DNA of 64,000 nt from an uncultured Draconibacterium sp. (lineage in GTDB: Bacteria > Bacteroidota > Bacteroidia > Bacteroidales > FEN-979), in NCBI GenBank assembly GCA_964355945.1, contig CAYHGE010000001.1, positions 133,486-197,485 on the forward strand, read 5' to 3'. Positions 25,801 through 35,292 of this stretch are shown in pieces. Below the pieces are notes generated by a model. It was given only the letters and a program-made list of their open reading frames with translations. It had not been told where the DNA came from and ran no database searches. Numbering within the stretch: the first letter of the stretch is position 1; each line of letters opens with the position of its first letter. The position numbers and the translations under genes were made by a program.

Positions 25801-27207
25801 ATGCAAACAAATGAGGATTCTGCAGGCAGTTTTCGCGACAGGTTATACACCATCGATGAAAGCGGTAAAAGGCTATGGGTATTTGCAAAGAAACCAAAAG
25901 GGACTCTGACCAATGCCAGGAATATCACCGGCATTTTATTGTTGGTATTCTTTTTTTCAGCTCCCTTCCTGAAGGTGAACGGGCAACAGTTTCTGCTGTT
26001 TGATTTTTTCCACAGAACCTTTGTCATTTTTGGTGTCCAGTTCTGGCCGCAGGATTTCAACCTCTTTTTTATCGGAATGATCTCCCTGATGATTTTCATC
26101 ATTCTCTTCACAGTGACTTATGGGAGAATATGGTGTGGCTGGGCCTGTCCTCAGACGATTTTCATGGAGTTGATTTTTCGACGAATAGAGTATTGGATTG
26201 ATGGAGATACCCACCGTCAGAAGGAGCTGGATGCAAGTCCCTGGAATGTCGGTAAAATTTTTCGCCGGGGGCTCAAACATGGCGTATTTTACCTGATCTC
26301 ATTTATCATCAGCAACTATTTTCTCATGTATATCATGGGGTCGGATGCCTGGCGTGAAATGATTAGTGAAGACCCGCTGAATCATGTTGCAGGACTGACC
26401 GGCATGGCCGTTTTTTCGTTTATTTTCTATTTTATCTTCTCCTGGTTCCGTGAGCAGGTATGCACCATCGTTTGCCCTTACGGGAGGCTGCAAGGCGTAC
26501 TGCTCGACCGCGAAACCGTTGTGATTTCCTATGATTATTTACGGGGAGAGGAGCGAGGCGTTCTCAGGAAAAGTGAAAACAGAAGTGAAACTATGAAAGG
26601 TGATTGCATAGACTGCAACCAGTGCGTGATGGTTTGTCCCACCGGTGTGGATATACGCAATGGAACGCAACTCGAATGTATCAATTGTGCCTGCTGCATC
26701 GATGCCTGTAACGCTGTGATGGTCAGGACCGGATTCAAACCCGGTCTGATTCGCTACGCATCTGAAAAGATGATCGCCGATAAAAAACCATGGAATTTTA
26801 CCATTCGCTCTGCCGCATACACTACCTTGCTGGCCGTATTGCTCGTCGCGCTCGGGTATTTTTTGGTTTCCCGGAGCCCTGTTGAGGCAACTGTACTCCG
26901 TTCGCCGGGTATGTTGTTCCAGGAGCAGGAGGGTGGAAAGATAAGCAACCTGTACAGCGTGAAGGTGGTTAACAAGACAAGCAATGATCTGCTGCTGGAA
27001 CTCAGAGACCTTTCCGGCCTGGGTGAAATAAAAATCATCGGGAATGCACCGGTTATTGCAAAACAATCGCTGGGCGAGGTGGTTTTCTTTATTTTAATGG
27101 ATCGGAATAAAATTACCGGCAGCAAGACCGAAGTTGACATCGGGGTTTTCTCGGGTGGGAAAATGCTTGACCAGACACGGGCAACCTTTGTCGGTCCAAA
27201 TAAATAG
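25801..27207 (+). CDS. ccoG: CcoG/FixG 4Fe-4S ferredoxin-type cbb3 assembly protein
   Basis: Motifs are CGWACPQT and CIDCNQCVMVCPTGVDIR. The length is 468 aa. Confidence 0.85.
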   Translation: MQTNEDSAGSFRDRLYTIDESGKRLWVFAKKPKGTLTNARNITGILLLVFFFSAPFLKVNGQQFLLFDFFHRTFVIFGVQFWPQDFNLFFIGMISLMIFIILFTVTYGRIWCGWACPQTIFMELIFRRIEYWIDGDTHRQKELDASPWNVGKIFRRGLKHGVFYLISFIISNYFLMYIMGSDAWREMISEDPLNHVAGLTGMAVFSFIFYFIFSWFREQVCTIVCPYGRLQGVLLDRETVVISYDYLRGEERGVLRKSENRSETMKGDCIDCNQCVMVCPTGVDIRNGTQLECINCACCIDACNAVMVRTGFKPGLIRYASEKMIADKKPWNFTIRSAAYTTLLAVLLVALGYFLVSRSPVEATVLRSPGMLFQEQEGGKISNLYSVKVVNKTSNDLLLELRDLSGLGEIKIIGNAPVIAKQSLGEVVFFILMDRNKITGSKTEVDIGVFSGGKMLDQTRATFVGPNK

Positions 27208-27214
27208 ATGAACC

Positions 27215-27658
27215 ATGAAGTGGAACTGGGGAACCGGGATTTTTATCGTGATCGTTCTTTTTCTGGGGGCATGTGCCGCCTTTATTATCTATGCCCGGCA
27301 TGAAAAATGGAGTATGGTTGAGGAGGACTATTATCCCAAGGAACTCCGTCATGAAGAAAAACTCGTTAAGATCAGGAATGCCAATGCATTGACGACACAA
27401 CTGCAGGTTGCCTCAGACAAATCGAACCTGATCATACAATTTCCGGTTGATTTCAAAGGAAAATCACTGACAGGTCAGATTGATATCTACAGGCCTTCCG
27501 ATGAAAAACTGGATCTGATATTGCCAGTTGCTGCCGACACCGCATTACGCCAGTTTGTTGGGTTGAATCGGTTGTCGAAAGGACGTTATGTCGTTAAAGT
27601 TGACTGGGCCTCCGGGGGAAAGAACTATTTTACTGAACAAGACATTTTTATCCCCTGA
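27215..27658 (+). CDS. FixH family protein
   Basis: It is a 147-aa protein with a single N-terminal TM helix, and it sits after ccoG. Confidence 0.65.
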   Translation: MKWNWGTGIFIVIVLFLGACAAFIIYARHEKWSMVEEDYYPKELRHEEKLVKIRNANALTTQLQVASDKSNLIIQFPVDFKGKSLTGQIDIYRPSDEKLDLILPVAADTALRQFVGLNRLSKGRYVVKVDWASGGKNYFTEQDIFIP

Positions 27659-27659
27659 G

Positions 27660-28379
27660 ATGGATTTCTGGCAACCACTGATTATTGGCTTACTGGGTAG
27701 TTTTCACTGCATGGGAATGTGTGGCCCGATTGCACTTTCCCTGCCCTTGAAAGAGATCAACTGGACAACAAGGATCATCAGCGGGACATTATATAACCTT
27801 GGACGTGTTGTTACATATATTTTTCTCGGCCTGATCTTTGGATTGATGGGGATGGGGATCCATATCTGGGGCATCCAGCAGTGGGTTTCCATCGGCGCAG
27901 GCACCCTGATGATCCTGAGCGTTGCCTTTCCGGTTTTATTTCACGGGTCAGCATTGACCGGAGGCCTGGACAACCTCTTCTCAGGTTTTAAAAAGTTTTT
28001 TGGTAAATTTTTTGGTTTTCGTACCTATTTGTCCACCTGGGTTATCGGGATTCTGAATGGTTTTTTACCCTGCGGATTGGTTTATATCGCTTTGGCCGGG
28101 GCATTGGTTTCCATCAGTCCGCTCAGCGGTGCCTTTTACATGATGAGTTTCGGGCTGGGTACCATTCCTGCGATGCTGGCCCTGTCGTTGTTGGGAAATA
28201 TGATCAGTATGACCTTTCGGAGGAGAGTTCAGAAAGTGATCCCGTTTATGATCATCCTCATCGGCATTTTGTTTATCCTTCGCGGCATGAATCTTGGAAT
28301 TCCCCACCTCAGCCCCAAAATGGACCAACAATCAAAGCAAAAGACGGAACATCTGCAAAAACCCAAATGTTGTCCTTGA
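27660..28379 (+). CDS. TauE/SafE- or DsbD_2-like membrane protein typical of cco clusters
   Basis: The polytopic protein begins GSFHCMGMCGPIAL. I moved the start to the ATG at 27660 (MDFWQPLIIG), directly after the fixH stop. Confidence 0.65.
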   Translation: MDFWQPLIIGLLGSFHCMGMCGPIALSLPLKEINWTTRIISGTLYNLGRVVTYIFLGLIFGLMGMGIHIWGIQQWVSIGAGTLMILSVAFPVLFHGSALTGGLDNLFSGFKKFFGKFFGFRTYLSTWVIGILNGFLPCGLVYIALAGALVSISPLSGAFYMMSFGLGTIPAMLALSLLGNMISMTFRRRVQKVIPFMIILIGILFILRGMNLGIPHLSPKMDQQSKQKTEHLQKPKCCP

Positions 28380-28397
28380 AAATCCCGATATTTTGAA

Positions 28398-28405
28398 TAA
28401 TTTTG
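28398..28405 (+). promoter_or_regulatory. Candidate -7 box TAATTTTG for the cytochrome c gene
   Basis: It matches TAnnTTTG and lies about 125 nt upstream of the ATG at 28529. Confidence 0.35.
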
Positions 28406-28430
28406 CACCAGAATATAACAACAAAACAAA

Positions 28431-28496
28431 CCCGTTCACCCGTTCACCCGTTTACCCGTTTACCCGTTTACCCATTCACCCGTTCACCCGTTCACC
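28431..28496. repeat. 8-bp tandem repeat, about 8.25 copies (CCCGTTCA and variants)
   Basis: The copies read CCCGTTCA x2, CCCGTTTA x3, CCCATTCA x1 and CCCGTTCA x2, followed by CC. Confidence 0.95.
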
Positions 28497-28528
28497 AAAT
28501 AATTAACATACTCTAAAATTCCAACATT

Positions 28529-29005
28529 ATGAAAAAAACCACCCTTTTCCTGATCTCTGTTTTCGCGATTGCCATTTTTCTCACTTCCTGCGGCGGTGGC
28601 AGCGCGCCTGCAGCCGACCAGACTGTTCAGGCTACAGGTCCTTATGCCCATCTTCCTGCCGATATCCAGGCCATGATGCCGCGTGGTGAAGAGATTTACA
28701 AAACCAAATGCACCGTCTGCCACCAGACAACAGGGCTGGGCATTGAGAACGTTTTTCCGCCGTTGGCAAAGGCCGACTATCTCCTTGCCGACAAGGTCAG
28801 GGCAGTTGCTCAAACATTGAATGGTTCAAAACTTGATATGATGGTCAACGGAAAATTATACACACAGGAGATGCTTCAACAGGTTGATACAAAGGAAGAT
28901 GCTGTTGCAGTTATCAATTATGTTTTGAATAACTTTGGCAACAAGGATGGGTTTGTTACCATGGCAGAAGTTGAGGGTGTGGAGATTATGCCTCGCAAGA
29001 AATAA
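28529..29005 (+). CDS. Class I c-type cytochrome, lipoprotein
   Basis: It has a signal peptide with the lipobox LTSC, the haem motif CTVCHQ and a distal Met region. The length is 158 aa. Confidence 0.8.
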   Translation: MKKTTLFLISVFAIAIFLTSCGGGSAPAADQTVQATGPYAHLPADIQAMMPRGEEIYKTKCTVCHQTTGLGIENVFPPLAKADYLLADKVRAVAQTLNGSKLDMMVNGKLYTQEMLQQVDTKEDAVAVINYVLNNFGNKDGFVTMAEVEGVEIMPRKK

Positions 29006-29025
29006 CCAGACAAATTTTATTAATC

Positions 29026-29061
29026 AGAGGTGGTCTGAAAAATGACTGCCTCTTTTTTTTT
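29026..29061 (+). terminator. Rho-independent terminator
   Basis: The stem pairs AGAGGTGG with CTGCCTCT (8 bp including 2 G.U pairs). A T9 run follows. Confidence 0.65.
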
Positions 29062-29063
29062 GC

Positions 29064-29071
29064 TATTTTTG
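29064..29071 (+). promoter_or_regulatory. Candidate -7 box TATTTTTG
   Basis: It matches TAnnTTTG and lies 24 nt upstream of the ATG at 29095. Confidence 0.4.
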
Positions 29072-29094
29072 ACAAAAATTAGCCAATTAGCTCC

Positions 29095-30459
29095 ATGAAA
29101 AAGCAATTCAACCGCAGGGATTTTATCAAATCAGTGGCATTGACAGGTGTCGGATTAGCCGTTAGTGACGAACTTATGGCCTCCATGCAGCCCGACAGAA
29201 TCACTAGCCCATACCAGCCGGCCCCGATTGGGGAACCGATGAAAAAAGTACGCATCGGCTATGTGGGTGTTGGACTCCAGGGAACTTCACATGTTGAAAA
29301 CCTTTTGAAGGTTGAAGGAGCTGAAATTGTAGCAGTTTGCGACATCATCGAAAGCAAGGTTCAGCATGCGCAGGATATGGTTGAAAAAGCCGGGTTCAAG
29401 CGGCCGGAAGGGTATTCGAAAAGCGAGGTTGACTGGCAGCGGTTATGTGAGCGGAGCGACATCGACCTTGTTTATACCGCTACCCCATGGCAATGGCATG
29501 TGCCCATCTGCCTGGCTGCCATGAACAATGGAAAGCATGTGGCCACAGAGGTTCCCGCAGCCATCACCCTGGATGATTGCTGGAAACTTGTTGAAACCTC
29601 CGAAAAAACCGGGAAGTACTGCATCATGATGGAAAACTGCAACTACGATAAGGTGGAGATGATGATCCTCAACATGGTGAAAAAGGGAATGTTCGGGGAA
29701 CTCGTCCACGCTGAATGTGGCTATCTGCACGATTTACGCCCGGTTAAACACGACATGAAGGGGGAAGGCGTGTGGCGCCGCGATTTCTCCATGCATCACA
29801 ACGGCGACCTCTATCCGACGCATGGACTGGGTCCGGTGATGCAATGCATGGATATAAATCGTGGGAACTATTTCGACTCCATGGTCTCTTTTGGCTCAAA
29901 AACAAGAGGGTTGCACGAATATGCAGTAGAAAAATTTGGCCCCGACAGCCCGCAGGCACATGAAAAATTCGTACTGAGTGATGTGGTTACCACCGTGATC
30001 AAAACCATGAACGGCGAAACAATCGTGGTGACCCATGATACCAGTTTGCCGCGACCATACAGCCGAAATATCCTCGTTCAGGGAACCAGGGGAATCGTGC
30101 GCAAATATCCTGAACCGAAAATTTATATCGAGGGAGTGAGTAAAACGGATGATCAATGGGAACCCATTAATGAATACCTGAAAAAGTACCAGCACCCAAT
30201 CTGGGAGGAGCTTGAAACTGCCAGCAAAGGGGCCGGGCATGGAGGAATGGATTATATTGAGGATTATCGCCTGATAAACGCACTTCTGAAAGGTATTGAA
30301 CCCGATATGGATGTGTATGATGCAGTTGTAATGAGTGCCGTGCGGGTGCTTAGCGAACAATCTATCGCCAAAGGCAACAAAACAATGAAATTTCCCGATT
30401 TTACCCGGGGGATGTGGAAGAACAAACGTGAGTTGATGGTGATGACAAATCCCAGGTAA
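29095..30459 (+). CDS. GH109-family NAD-dependent alpha-N-acetylgalactosaminidase-like oxidoreductase (Gfo/Idh/MocA fold) with a Tat signal
   Basis: The N-terminus carries the Tat motif RRDFIKS. Long colinear blocks match what I remember of GH109: GMFGELVH, LYPTHGLGPVMQCMDINRGN, GETIVVTHDTSLPRPY and GAGHGGMDY. Confidence 0.8.
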   Translation: MKKQFNRRDFIKSVALTGVGLAVSDELMASMQPDRITSPYQPAPIGEPMKKVRIGYVGVGLQGTSHVENLLKVEGAEIVAVCDIIESKVQHAQDMVEKAGFKRPEGYSKSEVDWQRLCERSDIDLVYTATPWQWHVPICLAAMNNGKHVATEVPAAITLDDCWKLVETSEKTGKYCIMMENCNYDKVEMMILNMVKKGMFGELVHAECGYLHDLRPVKHDMKGEGVWRRDFSMHHNGDLYPTHGLGPVMQCMDINRGNYFDSMVSFGSKTRGLHEYAVEKFGPDSPQAHEKFVLSDVVTTVIKTMNGETIVVTHDTSLPRPYSRNILVQGTRGIVRKYPEPKIYIEGVSKTDDQWEPINEYLKKYQHPIWEELETASKGAGHGGMDYIEDYRLINALLKGIEPDMDVYDAVVMSAVRVLSEQSIAKGNKTMKFPDFTRGMWKNKRELMVMTNPR

Positions 30460-30491
30460 ATTAAATTCAAAGTGCAGAATTTAAATTCAAA

Positions 30492-32144
30492 ATGAAAAAA
30501 AGGAAGCGCCAGAGGCAGTTGAAAACCCATAATTTGAAATTTGCAATTTGCAATTTGCTTTTTGCATTATTTGTTTTTTTATCAACTGTCATTGTTCATG
30601 CGCAACAAAATATTGCCGACCATGCAAAATCAGTAATCACCCCATTCCTGTTAAAACAAACCATCAACTACCTGGCATCTGATTCCATGAAGGGACGTGC
30701 CATTCCGGCAGAAGGACTGGATCAGGCTGGTGAATATATTTCCAGGCAGTTCGAAACACTGGGTCTGCAACCGCTGAACGGCAGCTATTTTCAGGATTTG
30801 CTTTTCTGTTATACGGATCTTGGGACTGATAACTTTATATCTGTTGTTGAAGGGATGGCAACTAGAAACTATAAACTCAAAGATGATTTTATTCCTTATG
30901 AGATTTCCGGAAGCAACCCGGCAGAGGGAGCACTCATCTTTGCAGGTTATGGAATCACTGCTCCTGAATACAATTATGATGATTATAAGAATCTGGATGT
31001 GAAAGGAAAGATTGTCGTTGTGCTACGCCAGGAACCGGGACAAACGGATTCTACGCAGAAGTTGTTTGCAGGAACTGACCTTTCGAACTATTCGTGGTTG
31101 CAGGAAAAGCAGAAAATGGCCGCAGATCACGGGGCTGCAGGACTCATCGTGCTGTCGGGACCGCTTCAGTTTACAATGCTGAAACCGAGAGGTTATGCAT
31201 GGCCGTCCCTGTCGAAAGTTCTTCCAAAAGATGCATTGCCGCTGGGGTATTGCGAAACACAAAAGGAGTCGATACCGATGGTTCATGCGGGGGAGTCACT
31301 GATCAATGAGTTGTTCGGCAATGTTGATTCGCTGAAACAAATTCAGCAAAGGATAGAGGCAACCATGCGACCACATTCCTTTCCGATTCCGGGCAGGATA
31401 ATGGCGATGAACGTTTCATTTACACGCACGCCGGTAGGGGGCAGAAATGTAATCGCCTTTCTTGAGGGAACTGACCCACAGTTGAAAGAGGAGGTAGTGA
31501 TCATCGGAGGACATTATGACCATATCGGCTACAAGAAGGAGCAAGAGGCTGTTAAAGAGTACGTTAGCGGCCATGATTATATTTACAATGGTGCCGACGA
31601 CAATGCCTCCGGCACCAGCGGGATGCTTGCGGTTGCCAGGGCATTTGCCACCATGACTGAAAACCCGAAACGCAGTGTCATCTTTATGGCATTTGCCGGG
31701 GAGGAGAAAGGTTTGCTGGGAAGTGCTACTTATGTTGGAAAACCTTTATGGCCATTGTCAAAAACCGTTGCAATGCTTAACCTTGACATGATCAGTCGCA
31801 ACAACCCTGATTCACTCGAAATTATCGGGGCCAGGCAGAACCCCGGACTGATAAAGGTTATAAGGAAACAGAATAAAAAAGTTGGGTTTATTCTCGCGGA
31901 GAGCAAAGACAAGCAAATGGATGGGGGGAGCGACCATGCAAGTTTTTTTAATAAAGACGTGCCATCCATCTTCTTTTTTACAGGATTTCATCCCGATTAC
32001 CATGCCGTATCAGACAACCCTGATCGTTGCGATGCGGAGAAGGCGGCACGTGTTGCCAGGCTTGCATTTTTAACTGCCTGGAAGGTTGCGAATGAGGGCA
32101 GCCACTATAAAATTGTTAAACCGGCGGATAGCAAGGATGAGTAA
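30492..32144 (+). CDS. Secreted M28-family aminopeptidase with a PA domain
   Basis: M28 motifs are GGHYDHIG, GADDNASGTSGMLAVARAF, FAGEEKGLLGS and GGSDHASF. A signal peptide is present. Confidence 0.85.
   Translation: MKKRKRQRQLKTHNLKFAICNLLFALFVFLSTVIVHAQQNIADHAKSVITPFLLKQTINYLASDSMKGRAIPAEGLDQAGEYISRQFETLGLQPLNGSYFQDLLFCYTDLGTDNFISVVEGMATRNYKLKDDFIPYEISGSNPAEGALIFAGYGITAPEYNYDDYKNLDVKGKIVVVLRQEPGQTDSTQKLFAGTDLSNYSWLQEKQKMAADHGAAGLIVLSGPLQFTMLKPRGYAWPSLSKVLPKDALPLGYCETQKESIPMVHAGESLINELFGNVDSLKQIQQRIEATMRPHSFPIPGRIMAMNVSFTRTPVGGRNVIAFLEGTDPQLKEEVVIIGGHYDHIGYKKEQEAVKEYVSGHDYIYNGADDNASGTSGMLAVARAFATMTENPKRSVIFMAFAGEEKGLLGSATYVGKPLWPLSKTVAMLNLDMISRNNPDSLEIIGARQNPGLIKVIRKQNKKVGFILAESKDKQMDGGSDHASFFNKDVPSIFFFTGFHPDYHAVSDNPDRCDAEKAARVARLAFLTAWKVANEGSHYKIVKPADSKDE
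30531..30565 (+). repeat. 7-bp tandem repeat (AATTTGC, 5 units) inside the signal-peptide coding region of the M28 peptidase
   Basis: The units read AATTTGA AATTTGC AATTTGC AATTTGC TTTTTGC and encode ...NLKFAICNLLFA... Confidence 0.9.
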
Positions 32145-33009
32145 ATTTTCAGGATATCCGGGAAACTACTTCAGGATGTTTTTCAGGGCACTATTCATGA
32201 TGGCTGTTGTGCTGTATGCTCTTTCCTTGACAGCCCAGGAGAAAATAAACCTGATGTTCAGGTATCAGCCGGGTGAAATATACACCTACCGGTATTCTGA
32301 TACATTTGAATGCCAGCAGGAAGTTCGCGAAGCAGAAATGAACCTTGGTGGCGGGAACAACAGCATGTTCAAAATGGAGGTTGCTTCGGTATCTCCTGAT
32401 ACCAGCATCTCATTCATCGTCACCTGTGTGGAGATGAAATCCTTTGTAAATAATCCGGATACCGTGACGGAATATAACGAGCTTGTCGGCAAACGGGCAA
32501 AGGTTGTGCTTGACAGGCTCGGGCGTGAAACAGAAAAGGAATGGATGGATTCAGTCAATATTTCGGGAAGCACCGTCTCCCTGATGATGGGTTCCTACAG
32601 GTCTGTCAATTTTTTTCAGTTGCCGTGCCATCCCCTGGCTGCTGGTGAACACTGGAGTGCCCGGATAAATGACAGTGCAGAGATTGTGGGCGGATACGTC
32701 AAACAAACTGAATCCATAGAATATTCATTGAATGGTTTCTCACAAAAGAATGGCCATCACTGTCTGAAAATCGGCTACGTTTCAAAAAGTGAGAACCTTG
32801 GCAAAGCAAGTATGGAGGGGATGGAGATATACATAGAAGGCACAGGTGATGCGTCGGGAACAATATGGTTTGATCCGGATGCAGGCATCCTGGTGTACAG
32901 GGAAAGTTCGGTCGTGCAGGAAATGACGTACACCATCACCGGATCAATGTCGATGTCGGTGCCATTGATACAGACAATTAAATCAACCTGCAGCCTGGTG
33001 GAGGATTAG
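32137..33009 (+). CDS. Hypothetical secreted protein
   Basis: The ATG at 32137 overlaps the M28 stop (ATGAGTAA). The N-terminal signal-like segment is FFRALFMMAVVLYALSLTAQ. I recognise no family. Confidence 0.55.
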   Translation: MSKFSGYPGNYFRMFFRALFMMAVVLYALSLTAQEKINLMFRYQPGEIYTYRYSDTFECQQEVREAEMNLGGGNNSMFKMEVASVSPDTSISFIVTCVEMKSFVNNPDTVTEYNELVGKRAKVVLDRLGRETEKEWMDSVNISGSTVSLMMGSYRSVNFFQLPCHPLAAGEHWSARINDSAEIVGGYVKQTESIEYSLNGFSQKNGHHCLKIGYVSKSENLGKASMEGMEIYIEGTGDASGTIWFDPDAGILVYRESSVVQEMTYTITGSMSMSVPLIQTIKSTCSLVED

Positions 33010-33019
33010 TGGAGTGGAT

Positions 33020-34501
33020 TTACACCGGGTAAAACCGCAGAAAGTGAAAAGCCCATGGACCAAGGGCAACGTATAGTCCGGGGTCAGTCATCTCATCGCC
33101 ATTGCGTTCAAATGTAACTTCACTCAGTGAATCATTCAGCCTCCAGTTCCGTGAACGCAGGTCCTGATCGGGAATTTTCACGCGTCCCTGATTGGCATGG
33201 CCGGAATAATTGACAACGATTAAAAAGCGGTCATTACCGTCGCACCAGTACCAGGCGAGAAGATTCTCAAAGCCGGGGTTATCAGGCCATCCTGCACATT
33301 CACACAATTGCCAATCCCCTTCATGGAAAACAGGATGGGCAATGGCAAGGAGCAGGCGCTGGCAAAATGCCCGTAATTCAAAATCCACAGGTTCATCGGG
33401 TCGCCTGCAGAGGAATACGGGCAACCTTACTTTCCTGCCATCAAATTGTCCCTCGTGGTAAAGTTTTGCTCCAGGCAGTGTAGAGAAAATCACGGTTGCT
33501 GCACGGTTCTTGCCTGGCTGAAAGGCCACGACATGTCTTGGTTCATCATGGTTTTCAATAAACCGGATCATTTTCGACTGGTAAACCGGATCTGCCAGCA
33601 GGTGGGAACGAACAGCCTGTGCATTTTCATGCTCAAGCCTGTCGTATAAACGTTTGTCATAACAAAAATCAAAACCCTGCTGCTGGAGAATCCACTCCTT
33701 GTCCCAGTATGCTTCCGCAATAAAGATAAAATCCCGGTTGGTACGTTTTACGGCAGGAATAAGTTCTCCCCAATATTCAAGTTCCGGTTCAGGCCCTGCA
33801 CGCTTGCCCCAGGTGCGTTCAAAAACTTCATTCAACATAAGCATGGCCATGTCGCAACGCACACCGTCGCATTGGCGGGCAATGCGTGAAACAGTTTCAA
33901 TGATGTCTTCACGCAGCCCGGGGTGGAAGGCGTTGACCTGCAGCACATCCTGCCACGCAGGGTAAAAGGGGTCTTTCCCACAGGCAAAGATATTTCCGCC
34001 AATTTGCACGTAAGTAACCGGATCATCCCGAAGGTCTTCTTTGTTTCCTGAAATGAAATAATCCGGAGACTCTTCCACCCAGCGGTGGTCGTGGGCCAGG
34101 TGATTTGGCACGAAATCAAGGATAAGTTTGATGCCGCGCAGGGAAAGCTGTTCCCTGGCAATGGCCAGGCCTTCATCGCCGCCCAGTTGTGTATCAACAG
34201 CATACCTGCGGATACAATAGGGGGATCCGACATTGTCGGCGAAGCTGAAATCGGGCAGGGCCTGCCGGAAATCTGACAGATTGCCGGCGTGCAGGTTTGA
34301 AATGGCGATTCCCCTGGGGCTGCGTTCCCAGACTCCCATGAGCCATACAGCTTCAATGTGAAGGTGTGTCAGTTCATCCCATTTTTCTGTCGGTACGTTT
34401 GCCAGGGTGATGGGGAACTGCATCTGCTGGCTCATTTCGAAGAGCCACACCATGGTGTTGATCTCGTAAATGACAGGGTTTTTTTTCCAGGGAGGGGTCA
34501 T
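33020..34501 (-). CDS. GH13 alpha-amylase-family glycoside hydrolase (cytoplasmic)
   Basis: The GH13 conserved regions are LILDFVPNHLAHDH, GVRCDMAM, FIAEAYWD and FIENHDEPR. Confidence 0.8.
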   Translation of the reverse strand: MTPPWKKNPVIYEINTMVWLFEMSQQMQFPITLANVPTEKWDELTHLHIEAVWLMGVWERSPRGIAISNLHAGNLSDFRQALPDFSFADNVGSPYCIRRYAVDTQLGGDEGLAIAREQLSLRGIKLILDFVPNHLAHDHRWVEESPDYFISGNKEDLRDDPVTYVQIGGNIFACGKDPFYPAWQDVLQVNAFHPGLREDIIETVSRIARQCDGVRCDMAMLMLNEVFERTWGKRAGPEPELEYWGELIPAVKRTNRDFIFIAEAYWDKEWILQQQGFDFCYDKRLYDRLEHENAQAVRSHLLADPVYQSKMIRFIENHDEPRHVVAFQPGKNRAATVIFSTLPGAKLYHEGQFDGRKVRLPVFLCRRPDEPVDFELRAFCQRLLLAIAHPVFHEGDWQLCECAGWPDNPGFENLLAWYWCDGNDRFLIVVNYSGHANQGRVKIPDQDLRSRNWRLNDSLSEVTFERNGDEMTDPGLYVALGPWAFHFLRFYPV

Positions 34502-35292
34502 GATTTATCTTTCCAAATTTCCAGATGTTCCTGAATAAATTCAATAATTTTCAAATGTTCATCCTTCCCCGGGCCATGAACATCCATGGGCTTTCCAAAA
34601 GCAATGTGAACGTGCTTTTTCCGATCGATAGGGCCCAGGTAGCTCGAAAATTTCCCGAACCCCCAGAAATCAGTTTTAATCGCCACAGGAACCACCTGGA
34701 CACCTGCTTTTACAGCCAGTTTTGTTCCCAGTGAATTGAACTCTGACGGATTAAAAACACTTCGGCGTGTACCTTGCGGGAAGATGATGATTGAAATCTT
34801 GTTTTGAAGCCGGTCGAGGCCCTCTTCCATTACAATACGAAAATCTTCCCGTGCATTTGAACGGCTGAGCACGATGGGATTTCGCGACTTCATCACATTC
34901 TTGAATACCCAGTGATTCACAAGTTCATCCTTCACAACAAAAGTAACATCAATCAACGGTTGAATGATGCCCGGGAAGATCATGGTTTCCAGGGTACTCA
35001 TGTGGTTGCTTAGAATGAGCAGTGGACGGGGGTTGTTCCTGATGTTGTCCATTCCTGTAATGTGGATTCTTCCGCCACATTTTTCCACATCTGTGAAGAT
35101 ATCATGGGACGATGAAACCCATTGACTGGTGTCAAAAATGCCTTTTTGTGCCATCGTGCGGGCACCAAAAACCCGCTTTAAAAACAAGCTGATGAATACG
35201 AAACGGGAATTGAACGTGATTCTGTCTATTAGGATATGCGGAGTGTTCTCCGGTGTATGGTATTCGTTTTTAGCTGTAATATCCTGACGCAT
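34498..35292 (-). CDS. Lysophospholipid (1-acyl-sn-glycerol-3-phosphate) acyltransferase family protein
   Basis: It has an H(X)4(D/E) block (SNHMSTLE) and IFPQGTR. Its 3' end overlaps the GH13 start by 4 nt. Confidence 0.7.
   Translation of the reverse strand: MRQDITAKNEYHTPENTPHILIDRITFNSRFVFISLFLKRVFGARTMAQKGIFDTSQWVSSSHDIFTDVEKCGGRIHITGMDNIRNNPRPLLILSNHMSTLETMIFPGIIQPLIDVTFVVKDELVNHWVFKNVMKSRNPIVLSRSNAREDFRIVMEEGLDRLQNKISIIIFPQGTRRSVFNPSEFNSLGTKLAVKAGVQVVPVAIKTDFWGFGKFSSYLGPIDRKKHVHIAFGKPMDVHGPGKDEHLKIIEFIQEHLEIWKDKS

Noticed and set aside
28431-28496. The tandem repeat arrays as CRISPR arrays.
   Set aside because: The units are 7-18 bp and directly abut each other without spacers. No cas genes are present in the window.
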